From Pirellulaceae bacterium (lineage in GTDB: Bacteria > Planctomycetota > Planctomycetia > Pirellulales > Pirellulaceae), in assembly GCA_041742275.1 (NCBI GenBank), contig JBGSIY010000918.1, positions 1 to 26,823 of the forward strand: a stretch of 26,823 nt of DNA. Reading direction: 5' to 3'. The first letter of the stretch is position 1, and the number at the start of each line of letters is the position of its first letter. The position numbers were made by a program, and so were the translations under genes. The notes beneath the pieces were generated by a model. The model saw only the letters and a list, made by a program, of their open reading frames with translations, ran no database searches and was not told the DNA's origin. Of the stretch, positions 1-8,456 are shown in pieces.

Positions 1-74
1 TACAGCGCGTTCGTGGTGATATCTCCGAGCTTTGTCAACAGTTTCCTGTGCCGGCCCAAGCGATGACCGTATAA
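1..74 (+). CDS. glyA: 3' end of a gene running in from the left edge, probably serine hydroxymethyltransferase
   Basis: The frame starting at base 3 reads QRVRGDISELCQQFPVPAQAMTV* (TAA at 72-74). This resembles the SHMT C-terminal '..VR.E/D...LC..FP(L/V)' ending. Only 23 residues are visible. Confidence 0.45.
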   Translation, partial: QRVRGDISELCQQFPVPAQAMTV

Positions 75-223
75 ACACCGGGCTGCATCCATTGAGTCGG
101 TATGTGCGGTTGGAGGAGAACGCGAACACGCCGCCGTGCCAGCGATTCGAGGCCTGCCTCAGCCTGTTCTAAACAGGTGTTAGAGTTCCGGCGCTTGGTT
201 CCTCACCATTGTAGATCGTTTGA

Positions 224-571
224 TTAGTCTCGTTTCGCGGCGGAATCGGTTGGAGGTTCCGCCGGGGGATCGTAAACAGATTCCAATATTTGCGCGATTT
301 CGTCTTCTTCGCTCGACCAAATCATGGTGCCGACCACCAGCAAAACCAGACCTACAGAAACCCACAACGGATGAATCGGCACTTGCTCCTGAGGCGTGAC
401 TTCGTGCGGTTCGAGCCAATTGCGGGCATCTTGCCAGCCAAATCGAGTTTTACGATAGGGATTGGCTTGCGTGTCCGGCGGTTGGGGGGATCTGGAGGGC
501 TCGTTCTGCAAGACGAAACCGGCAGTCAGTGCCAGTAAAAGCATGCCTATCTGAAGGGATTTGGCGAACAT
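224..571 (-). CDS. Small hypothetical membrane protein (N-terminal signal/TM segment plus a second TM segment)
   Basis: ORF 224..592. The ATG at 571 gives MFAKSLQIGMLLLALTAGFVL (hydrophobic N-terminus), a Trp-rich middle (YRKTRFGWQDARNW), a second hydrophobic stretch (LWVSVGLVLLVVGTMIW) and an acidic tail. No family recognised. Confidence 0.6.
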   Translation of the reverse strand: MFAKSLQIGMLLLALTAGFVLQNEPSRSPQPPDTQANPYRKTRFGWQDARNWLEPHEVTPQEQVPIHPLWVSVGLVLLVVGTMIWSSEEDEIAQILESVYDPPAEPPTDSAAKRD

Positions 572-960
572 TGCCGGGGTCTCGTGGGTCATTATTCAGG
601 AAAAAGAGCACGATCAAACATGTTTTCTTGATCAATGCAATCAGAGTGCCGATTATAAATTGCCCTGATTTGCGGTTCTTACAATAACAATGCTGTGAAA
701 ACGCAACATTCGAGGTGACCCCACGTTGACAAAAAACAGCACATGTCGAAATTGAAGGACATGGCTCACGGAGCACTGCGGGCGGAGAAGTTTCAAATTT
801 GCCCAATCCCTACGACTGTGCGGAGTGTCTTGTCCGCCGTCAAGCGGTTTCTTTGGGCGAAAAATTCCGATGAAAATCGTAGTTGACAAGTTTTTTTGTT
901 CAACGTTGACCTCGCGAGTTAGACTTAAGTGAAGAGGTCATTTTTCTGTGAGAACAGGTC

Positions 961-1524
961 ATGGTAAATCAAGAACGCATTAAACGAAAACTACTGATTC
1001 GAGAGGCCGAAGGCTATCTCGATCTGATTAGCGTTTTTGATGACCGCTGGCAGTTAGATCCGCATCATTCTGAGGTAATCGCAGCGCGAGCCATTGAGTG
1101 TTTGGATCAAATTGAAAATCCCCAGAGCTTTCTGCCGCACATCTTATTTCTTAAAGGCCAAATTCATCGGGTGACAGGTCGGTATGCCGAAGGGGCTAAG
1201 TTTCTCGAAGGATCGTTGGAGATAGAACCTGAGAACTTGCACACGCTCTTGGCGTTGGCTTGGTGCTACAAACGTTTGAACCGCATTGATGCTGCAATTG
1301 AGGTCATGCGAGACGCCGTGCTGCTGGAGAGCGAAAGTGGAATCACCCACTACAACCTCGCCTGCTATCTAGCGCTGCGTTCCCTCACCAAAGAGGCTTG
1401 TCATCATCTGGCGATCGCATTGGAGATTGATCCCAAGTACCGCAGTTATGTGTACGCTGAATCGGATTTTGATTTGATTCGCGACACACCTGATTTCCAA
1501 GCCGCGTTGTCGATCATCGTTTGA
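961..1524 (+). CDS. Tetratricopeptide repeat protein
   Basis: 187 aa with TPR-like repeats (LFLKGQIHRVTGRYAEGAKFLEGSLEIEPEN; LALAWCYKRLNRIDAA; HYNLACYLAL...LAIALEIDPKY). Confidence 0.85.
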   Translation: MVNQERIKRKLLIREAEGYLDLISVFDDRWQLDPHHSEVIAARAIECLDQIENPQSFLPHILFLKGQIHRVTGRYAEGAKFLEGSLEIEPENLHTLLALAWCYKRLNRIDAAIEVMRDAVLLESESGITHYNLACYLALRSLTKEACHHLAIALEIDPKYRSYVYAESDFDLIRDTPDFQAALSIIV

Positions 1525-1742
1525 TGGAGCCTTACGGAGGATTGGTAGGGCCGCGCCGCGCCTCGCATCGATGTTGACTCAGCACTCTCGCCTGGGCATC
1601 AAAAACAGGCCGACAGGTATTGCCGGAAGCCAATTGCGGCTGGTGCCTTGGGTTCGAGGGTTGCACTTCAGGCAGCTCATGTTGGCTGGTGGAACAAGAA
1701 ATCGTGTGCACCCGAGGGATCCCTTTTCAGGTGAGGTTCCGC

Positions 1743-2717
1743 GTGTCGCGTAGCATCGATTTTTTGCCATCTGACTTTGTCGAACGCATGCGAGGGATCA
1801 TACCACCCCCAACTTGGGATGAGTTCTTGGAGAGTTTTCAGTTGCCGCGCCGAGCCGCGCTGCGACTCAACCCGCTGCGGAATTCCCCGGAGTTGACGCG
1901 GCAGCGGATAGAGGAGGCGGGGATCGCGTTGACCCCGCAGTTGTGGTCACCGCATAGTTTTTCGTTTCCGGCAGAATTGCGGAGCCGTGTTAGTCATTTA
2001 CCGGAAAGCGGTGAAGGGCTGTTTTACATGCAAAGTCTATCGAGTCAGCTGGCCGCAGTCCTCTTGGGCCCCCGTCCGGGCGACCAGGTACTGGATCTAG
2101 CGGCGGCGCCCGGGGGCAAGGCCGCTCATCTGGCCGCCATCATGGAAAACCAAGGGCTATTGTCCTGCGTGGAACCAATTCGCTCGCGTTTTTTTCGGCT
2201 GCACGCGAATCTAAAAACGCAAGGAGTCACGATTGCCAAGTTCTATCAGACCGATGGTCGTACGGTGGGCAAAAAAGTAGGGGAACGCTTTGACCGTGTT
2301 CTTTTGGACGCACCTTGCAGCAGTGAAGCCCGCTTTTCAGTTCACGATCCAGATTCCACGAAGACCTGGAGTCCCCGAAAAATTCGCGAGACCAGTCGGA
2401 AGCAATCGGGCCTGATCCTCAGCGCCTTCGACGCGTTGAAACCGGGGGGGAGGTTGTTGTATTCGACCTGCAGCTTTGCACCCGAAGAAAATGAAGGAGT
2501 GGTCGCCGTATTGTTGAAGAAACGATCGGACATGGTAGAAGTATTGCCTGCGACGTTGGACGGTCATCAGCTGAATCAATTCGACATCCCTGCCTTACCG
2601 GGCTTGGTGACCTACGCCGGCGAGGACTTGCCGTCATCCCTCTTGAACACAGTTCGAATACTTCCGAATGCCCAATTCGAAGGTTTTTATTTGGCGCTGT
2701 TGGGGAAAAAAGAATGA
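1743..2717 (+). CDS. RsmB/NOP2/RsmF-family RNA (cytosine-C5) methyltransferase, catalytic core only
   Basis: Motifs YMQSLSS, VLDLAAAPGGK (SAM binding), DRVLLDAPCS (motif IV Cys), YSTCS (motif VI Cys) and PEENE. Start moved from 1620 to GTG 1743, just before the family-typical LPSDFVERM. Confidence 0.9.
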   Translation: MSRSIDFLPSDFVERMRGIIPPPTWDEFLESFQLPRRAALRLNPLRNSPELTRQRIEEAGIALTPQLWSPHSFSFPAELRSRVSHLPESGEGLFYMQSLSSQLAAVLLGPRPGDQVLDLAAAPGGKAAHLAAIMENQGLLSCVEPIRSRFFRLHANLKTQGVTIAKFYQTDGRTVGKKVGERFDRVLLDAPCSSEARFSVHDPDSTKTWSPRKIRETSRKQSGLILSAFDALKPGGRLLYSTCSFAPEENEGVVAVLLKKRSDMVEVLPATLDGHQLNQFDIPALPGLVTYAGEDLPSSLLNTVRILPNAQFEGFYLALLGKKE

Positions 2718-2763
2718 CCACTAGTCGTCGGCCTTGTTGGACGCATTTTTTGGCCGAGTGACT

Positions 2764-3729
2764 CTAGGAGAATGTATCTCCGATTTGAACTGGGTACCCG
2801 CGCAGGAAGGCTTCGATCGGCATATTCTTTTTGCCGGCGGGTTGGACTTCCAAGAGGGACAGGTGCCCCTTACCCGTTTGAATTATCAATGAGTGGCGAT
2901 CGACGTGGGCGACCTCCCCTGGCTGACACGAGGGCAAGTTGTTGGGGTCGTCAACAACAGCAGTGCGGTTCACGATCAGACGTAGTGGTTCTGCTTGAGG
3001 AGTGCGTTGCCAGTGCGTGTACGTGCCGGGCCATGGTTGAAACGCGCGGACTTGATTGACAATTTGGCGAGCCGTTCGTGCCCAGCGAACCAAACCGTCT
3101 TCCTTGCGCAACCGCCGGGCTGATGAAACACGCTTCGGATCTTGGGGTAGACCCAGTTCAGAATGGCCGTCCCATTGCTCGAGGCGTTCGATGGCCGAGA
3201 GTACAGGCGCGACGCCCAGGGAAGCCAACCGGGGTTCGACGTCGGCCGCCGATTCCGTCACAGGAACGGATAGTTGTGCCGTCGTCAACACGGGCCCGCC
3301 ATCCAGTTTCCGCGTCATGTGAATCACAGAAACGCCGAGGACGTCGTCGCCGTGATAGATGGCCCAATTGATCGGTGCCGCCCCGCGATAGCGAGGGAGC
3401 AAAGAACCATGCAAGTTGATGCCGCCCAGTCGACTGGCGTCTAAGCAATCATTTGAAAGGATTTGTCCGTAATCGCAAACGACAAACAGGTCGGCCGCAT
3501 GCTGCTGAAGTTCGCCGACAAATTCAGTTGCGTTGGCATCGATGGGAGAGAGAATCGGCAGTTGATATTCCAGACCAAGATCGCGCATGGGGTTGGCGGC
3601 GGACTTGCGCCGTCTTCCGGCATCGTCGATGGGGCGAGTGACTAGGGCTGAGATGGTATGTGTGGAGGTTAGCAACGCCCTGAACGTAGGAACCGCAAAG
3701 GGCCCGGTTCCAAACATGACAATTTTCAC
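2764..3729 (-). CDS. fmt: Methionyl-tRNA formyltransferase
   Basis: MKIVMFGTGPFA, VVCDYGQIL, INLHGSLLPRYRGAAPINWAI, LDGGP, QVRAFQPWPG, VQPAGKKNM. Lies directly downstream of def. Confidence 0.97.
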   Translation of the reverse strand: MKIVMFGTGPFAVPTFRALLTSTHTISALVTRPIDDAGRRRKSAANPMRDLGLEYQLPILSPIDANATEFVGELQQHAADLFVVCDYGQILSNDCLDASRLGGINLHGSLLPRYRGAAPINWAIYHGDDVLGVSVIHMTRKLDGGPVLTTAQLSVPVTESAADVEPRLASLGVAPVLSAIERLEQWDGHSELGLPQDPKRVSSARRLRKEDGLVRWARTARQIVNQVRAFQPWPGTYTHWQRTPQAEPLRLIVNRTAVVDDPNNLPSCQPGEVAHVDRHSLIIQTGKGHLSLLEVQPAGKKNMPIEAFLRGYPVQIGDTFS

Positions 3730-3762
3730 TTCAACTACTCACTTGGCAAATTGGGGTTGGGG

Positions 3763-4368
3763 CTAACAGTATTGTCGTTCCAGGGTCGCTAGACGCGCGG
3801 CAATTTCTTCATTGCTGGGGATCCGTTTGGATTCTTGAAGATTTTGGATTTCCAAATCAAACTCTTCGATTTGGTCTTCAATGCGCCGTTTTTCGCTGTC
3901 GTCGAGTCGGTCGACGAAGAGGGTGCCGTTGAGGTGGTCGTATTCGTGTTGGATCACCCGTGCTAGCAGTCCGTCGGCCGTCAAATTTATTTCGTTTCCA
4001 TTTTGATCGTAAGCTTGAACTTGAATTTGCTCGGGGCGGGCAATTTGGCCGTAAATTCCGGGAAAGCTCAAGCATCCTTCCTCGGCGGTCCCCTGGCCAC
4101 GGGGGTTTTTGAGAACGGGATTGATAAAGACCATTTCGTTTCCGGACTTTTGATCACCGTCGGGATTGATCACGAACATTTGAAAGGGAAGGTCAACTTG
4201 GTTCGCTGCCAATCCGATGCCTTTAGCGGCATACATGAGCACAAACATTTCCTCGATGTAGCCTTTGATCGTTTTGTCGACTTTGCGCAACGGTTTCGAC
4301 TGGTGCCGCAAAGTGGGATGGGGGTAGTGGATGATGTTCAACTGAAGTTCTCCGTCGCGTGAATTCAT
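3763..4368 (-). CDS. def: Peptide deformylase
   Basis: All three PDF motifs are present: GIGLAANQV, EEGCLS, QHEYDHLNG. Confidence 0.97.
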   Translation of the reverse strand: MNSRDGELQLNIIHYPHPTLRHQSKPLRKVDKTIKGYIEEMFVLMYAAKGIGLAANQVDLPFQMFVINPDGDQKSGNEMVFINPVLKNPRGQGTAEEGCLSFPGIYGQIARPEQIQVQAYDQNGNEINLTADGLLARVIQHEYDHLNGTLFVDRLDDSEKRRIEDQIEEFDLEIQNLQESKRIPSNEEIAARLATLERQYC

Positions 4369-4811
4369 AACATGAGCTTATCAAATTCACTTCAATTTTA
4401 GATACTGCCCTATCAAAGAATCAAAATTTTTTTCGGGGTTTTGGAGTTTGTTGGGTGAGGTAATTCGCCACAAGATTGTGCCCGCAAAAAAACTCGCGAA
4501 ATTTCGCCGAATAAATGGGGGCGTTTTTTAGATGCAACTTCAAATTGAAAATTCAAGTAGTGAACCGAAAAATATTTGAGGTCAGAACGAATTTTGAAAA
4601 TTGTTCAAAGCAATGCTTGACACACGTGTTATCTTGAAGAGAATTGGCCCTCTCACATGCGATTTAGAAAATCGTGAGCGGTTCAGAAATCGAACGGGCG
4701 AAATCAATCCTGTTACTCAGGACTGCTGAATCATTTCTGTCCGAGTCGGTGGAAGCGGAGGGCGGAGTGCGAGTTGGGGCTCGATTGCCGGGCTTGAGTT
4801 TAAGGTCTGAT

Positions 4812-4843
4812 ATAAAGATCCTGAACGATAAAGATCCAGAACA
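4812..4843. repeat. Two tandem 16-bp direct repeats
   Basis: ATAAAGATCCTGAACG (4812-4827) and ATAAAGATCCAGAACA (4828-4843), 14/16 identical. Confidence 0.75.
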
Positions 4844-4933
4844 TCGTGGCAAAAGAACTTGAAGCGTGTTTTCCATTGAAAAACAAATTCAACTTGAAGT
4901 AGTGATTGTTTTTAGAATTAAGGCGTCACAGGT

Positions 4934-4998
4934 CCATTAGGGAATCAGTGGGCCATTAGGGAATCACAGATTATTAGGGGTTACTAAGGAATCACAGA
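4934..4998. repeat. Direct repeats of CCATTAGGGAATCA with two degenerate copies
   Basis: Exact 14-mers at 4934-4947 and 4953-4966 (19-bp period), followed by related TTATTAGGGGTTAC (4971-4984) and CTAAGGAATCACAGA (4984-4998; compare TTAGGGAATCACAGA at 4956-4970). Confidence 0.8.
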
Positions 4999-5070
4999 GG
5001 CGGGGTTCAAGCGACGATAACCGGGTGGCGGCAACTGAGGGAAAACGACTGTCGATGGGCGGCCTGGGTC

Positions 5071-5157
5071 ATGACTAACAAGGAATGGCTGGGGTCTGCT
5101 GTGTGGATTGGATTCCTCACCCTCTTATTCAGTGTTTTGATCGATGTGAACGGATAA
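5071..5157 (+). CDS. Candidate 28-aa small membrane peptide
   Basis: ATG at 5071 to TAA at 5157 reads MTNKEWLGSAVWIGFLTLLFSVLIDVNG, with one TM-length hydrophobic core. It is below the ORF-track cut-off and has no clear Shine-Dalgarno. Confidence 0.3.
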   Translation: MTNKEWLGSAVWIGFLTLLFSVLIDVNG

Positions 5158-5280
5158 AAGCTGGCGATTGGATGCGCGAAGACGATTTGGCTTAATCGGT
5201 CAGGTCCCATGACGAGGACCTAAAAAAGCACTTGTTTTTATTCCATTGACAATGGTAATTTATTAGCCTAGTCAGTGCAC

Positions 5281-5313
5281 ACGGCGTTTGGCAGGAAGTC
5301 AAACGCCGTTTTT
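5281..5313 (+). terminator. Rho-independent terminator-like hairpin
   Basis: Perfect 10-bp stem ACGGCGTTTG / CAAACGCCGT with a 9-nt loop, followed by TTTT. Confidence 0.6.
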
Positions 5314-5548
5314 CGTATGCGGCTCGGTTGTCAATGAGTCAAGCGAGATGGGCAGCACCAACACGGACCCAGTGGCGCCAACCACACCATCTATAAAAAA
5401 CGCATGCTATAAAAAAATAATGGCATGAAAAACGCGTGGCGACCCGGCAACAACGTTTCGCAATGTTATTTGGGGAGGGGTGTGGAGCCATCGGGGTAAC
5501 TGATGGGTACAGTTTGCAGGGGGGCTGGTCAATCATCAATCAAGGTTT

Positions 5549-5616
5549 GCACGGTACAGCCAAAGGCACGGTGCAGCCAATGGCACCGTGTAGCCAATGG
5601 CACCGTGTAGCTAATG
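5549..5616. repeat. Four head-to-tail 17-bp tandem repeats upstream of folK
   Basis: GCACGGTACAGCCAAAG / GCACGGTGCAGCCAATG / GCACCGTGTAGCCAATG / GCACCGTGTAGCTAATG, with no spacers. Confidence 0.9.
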
Positions 5617-5662
5617 CCATGGTCGTCGCTTCGTCGTCAGCGAGTGTGAGAAGTGAATTTTT

Positions 5663-6487
5663 ATGAAACCTGGCCATTCACCGAGTCGTTGTCTGATCGC
5701 CTTTGGAGCGAATGAGGGAGATCCCTTGGCAACGCTGGAACAGGTCATCACGTTGCTCTCTGAATACGATATCGAGTTTTTATCCGTCAGTCGTCCGGTG
5801 GTAACCGAGCCGGTGGGCGGTCCTCCTGGTCAGCGGGCGTTTGTCAACGCCGTGATCCTGGCAGAGACTTCGCTGTCGGTAACGTCGGCGTTGGCTTCCC
5901 TGTTACAGATCGAATCTCGACTGGGGCGAATCCGAGCGGGACGGTGGGGTTCTCGTTTGGTCGATTTGGATTTGTTGTTGTTTGGTGATGAGCAATTGAC
6001 AGCACGCGACGTGGAGGTCCCCCATCCACGGATGTCCTTTCGCCGGTTTGTATTGGAACCCGCCGTGGAGATTGCCCCGGAGTTTGTGCACCCGTCGTCG
6101 GGTTGCACCCTACAGCAACTTTGGCGAGCGATTGAAACGCGACGCGATCTTATTTTATGGTGGCGTCCCCGGCCGGAGTGGTTGCAGGAAGTGTTGAGCG
6201 AGCTTCAAGGCCAGATATGTGAAGAACCGCCGGAGGGCAGGCAGGACCTGGAAACGAGACCTCTGGAAATTTATAATTTGGGAGAAACGGGTTTTTATTT
6301 GGTTGTTGTCGACGACGAGCGTACGTTGCGAGAATGGGCACCTCTGGCGAAATTGCTTGTTTTTTCTCGACCTGAATCATTAGGGATATCTTCCCTGGTT
6401 AGTGGGCCCGTATTGTGTTTGGACGAAAACAGCGGTGGACCGGCCGAAGAATTGGCAGCGGCGATTTCCGGTCTTAAATTGCCTTAA
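5663..6487 (+). CDS. folK: 2-amino-4-hydroxy-6-hydroxymethyldihydropteridine diphosphokinase with C-terminal extension
   Basis: CLIAFGANEG, TEPVGGPPGQRAFVNAV, IESRLGRIR, RWGSRLVDLDLLL and PHPRMSFRRFVLEP match HPPK. About 110 extra C-terminal residues follow. Confidence 0.92.
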   Translation: MKPGHSPSRCLIAFGANEGDPLATLEQVITLLSEYDIEFLSVSRPVVTEPVGGPPGQRAFVNAVILAETSLSVTSALASLLQIESRLGRIRAGRWGSRLVDLDLLLFGDEQLTARDVEVPHPRMSFRRFVLEPAVEIAPEFVHPSSGCTLQQLWRAIETRRDLILWWRPRPEWLQEVLSELQGQICEEPPEGRQDLETRPLEIYNLGETGFYLVVVDDERTLREWAPLAKLLVFSRPESLGISSLVSGPVLCLDENSGGPAEELAAAISGLKLP

Positions 6488-6814
6488 ACAGAGAGCGATT
6501 GAGCACGCCGGTAAATTTCCTCGACAATCTTGCTCCCGTTGAGGTCGTTCGGGTCGGTGCCATTGCCTGGGGGCGTGTTTTCCTCGGTGCAAGTTGGGCA
6601 ACTGGAGCGAAAATGGCGTCATCTGCCGGTCGTTTAGGTCGGTGTTTGCCGTTCTGGGATCGTTCGTTAGAATCGAAACCGTTCAGGCAATCGCTTGGAG
6701 TACAGCGCCGTGTGTTTTGGTAGTGGTCAGTACCGAATTTGTTTTGTTCCGGGGCTACCTGATGTTGCCGCCCACAGTGAGACGAGGGAAGTAATGAGCC
6801 ACGAGGATCGTCCA

Positions 6815-8308
6815 ATGAGAATATTGTTTGCGTCCAGTGAAGTAGAGCCGTTTGCCAAAACGGGTGGCCTCGCTGATGTCTGTGGTGCACTGCCGCGTGA
6901 GCTGGAGCGGGCCGGGCACGAGGTGGTTGTATTTATGCCCGCCTATCGAACCGTGCGGCGATGTGGGCAAATGATCACCGCCACCGGTATTGAAATGGCG
7001 GTACCCGTCGGCTCCAAGTTAGTTACGGGTCGATTGTTGGAAAGCCGCCTGCCCGGCAGCAATGTTGTTGTCTATTTGGTCGAGCAAGCCGACTATTTTG
7101 ATCGCCCTGATTTGTATGGTGAAAATGGCGAAGGCTATCCCGACAATTGCGAACGATTTATTTTCTTTTGCCGCGCGATACTTGAAGCGGTGCGGTTGAT
7201 GGAATCAGAGTTCGATTTGATCCATGCCAATGATTGGCAAACGGGTTTGTTGCCGGCCTATTTAAAAACCGAATACGCGACAGCCGATGGCTTCGAACGA
7301 ACGGCCAGTTTGCTAACCATTCATAATCTGGCCTATCAAGGTCGGTTTTGGCACTGGGATATGTTGTTGACGGGCATGGACTGGAAGTACTTCAATTGGC
7401 GTCAAATGGAATTTTTTGGCCAATTGAATTTGCTGAAAACGGGAATAGCCTTTGCCGATGCGATCAATACCGTCAGTCCGACTTATGCGGGTGAGATTCA
7501 GGGGAGTGAACAGGGGTGTGGTTTAGAGGGGATTTTGCAAAGTCGGGCGAGTGATTTATCAGGGATATTGAATGGCATCGATACTTCGATTTGGAATCCA
7601 GCGCGCGACCCCCATTTGGCTCAGACGTACACGGTCGCCGATTGGAAAGTTGGCAAAGCCAAGAACAAAGCTACGTTGCAACGACAATTGGAACTGGCCG
7701 AAGTTCCCCATCAACCCCTGATAGGCATCGTGGGTCGTTTGGCGGCTCAAAAAGGTTGGAACCTGATTTTGCCGGTGATGAAGCAGTGGTTGGAGACCAT
7801 CGATGTCCAATGGGTTATTTTGGGAACGGGGCAACCAGAATACGAGACAGAATTGTTGCGATTGCGAACAGGCAACGAAGCGAAGTTGGCTGTCAATTTG
7901 CACTTTAATGAGGGGCTCGCCCATTTAATCGAAGCGGGTGCGGATCTCTTTTTGATGCCCAGTCAGTATGAACCATGCGGCCTGAACCAAATGTATAGTT
8001 TGGCTTACGGCACGCTTCCCGTCGTGAGGGCGACAGGCGGACTGAAAGATACGGTGGTCGATGCGAGTGAGGAAAATATCCAAGCGAAACTGGCCACGGG
8101 GTTTTCTTTCGGGGCTTTTTTACCTTCGTCCCTGGAACAAGCGCTCGCGCGAGCCGTTTGTTGTTATCAAAAGCAGCCGCTGGTTTGGAGTGACATGGTG
8201 GAACGGGGCATGCGCCAGGATTGGTCCTGGGCCTCGAGCACCGCCAAATACGTTGAATTGTATGAGCGAACCGTTACGTTGCGGCGCCATGAACACTTGC
8301 ATGTTTGA
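6815..8308 (+). CDS. glgA: Glycogen synthase (GT5)
   Basis: MRILFASSEVEPFAKTGGLADV (KTGG ADP-glucose motif), HANDWQTG, TIHNLAYQG, GILNGID, PSQYEPCGLNQ, TGGLKDTV. Start is ATG 6815 (alternative ATG 6794), not 6695. Confidence 0.96.
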   Translation: MRILFASSEVEPFAKTGGLADVCGALPRELERAGHEVVVFMPAYRTVRRCGQMITATGIEMAVPVGSKLVTGRLLESRLPGSNVVVYLVEQADYFDRPDLYGENGEGYPDNCERFIFFCRAILEAVRLMESEFDLIHANDWQTGLLPAYLKTEYATADGFERTASLLTIHNLAYQGRFWHWDMLLTGMDWKYFNWRQMEFFGQLNLLKTGIAFADAINTVSPTYAGEIQGSEQGCGLEGILQSRASDLSGILNGIDTSIWNPARDPHLAQTYTVADWKVGKAKNKATLQRQLELAEVPHQPLIGIVGRLAAQKGWNLILPVMKQWLETIDVQWVILGTGQPEYETELLRLRTGNEAKLAVNLHFNEGLAHLIEAGADLFLMPSQYEPCGLNQMYSLAYGTLPVVRATGGLKDTVVDASEENIQAKLATGFSFGAFLPSSLEQALARAVCCYQKQPLVWSDMVERGMRQDWSWASSTAKYVELYERTVTLRRHEHLHV

Positions 8309-8456
8309 TCATCACCCAAGCGACTCGTGAGCCAACTTGGTCGTTTTGAAGAAATCACGTTTGCAACGACACGACATTCCCTTCCCCATTTAAAAAAAAG
8401 CGGGTGCTGCCTAGTGAAACTGATTATGGAAATGAGAACATCGAGGATCGTCGACA

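Noticed and set aside
5010-5070. Possible ZTP (pfl) or THF riboswitch upstream of folK (GGCCTGGG resembles the ZTP 3' end)
   Set aside because: The 5' GACTGGCG / GGTGG...CCACC elements are absent and the site is about 600 bp from folK. An Rfam scan would settle it.
5202-5227. Hairpin AGGTCC/GGACCT plus A-run as a terminator
   Set aside because: The A-run follows the stem on the plus strand, so neither strand has a U-tract 3' of the hairpin.
5549-5616. Tandem repeats as a mini-CRISPR
   Set aside because: The units are contiguous with no spacers and only 17 bp long, and there are no cas genes.
4369-5662. tmRNA, RNase P, SRP or tRNA in the long intergenic region, or oriC
   Set aside because: I found no GAGGAAAGTCC, GGAAGGAAGCAG, T-loop/CCA ends or clustered TTATCCACA-like boxes by eye on either strand.
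6499-6794. Short ORFs between folK and glgA
   Set aside because: They overlap one another in conflicting frames and have no motifs. The region is more likely the glgA leader/promoter.
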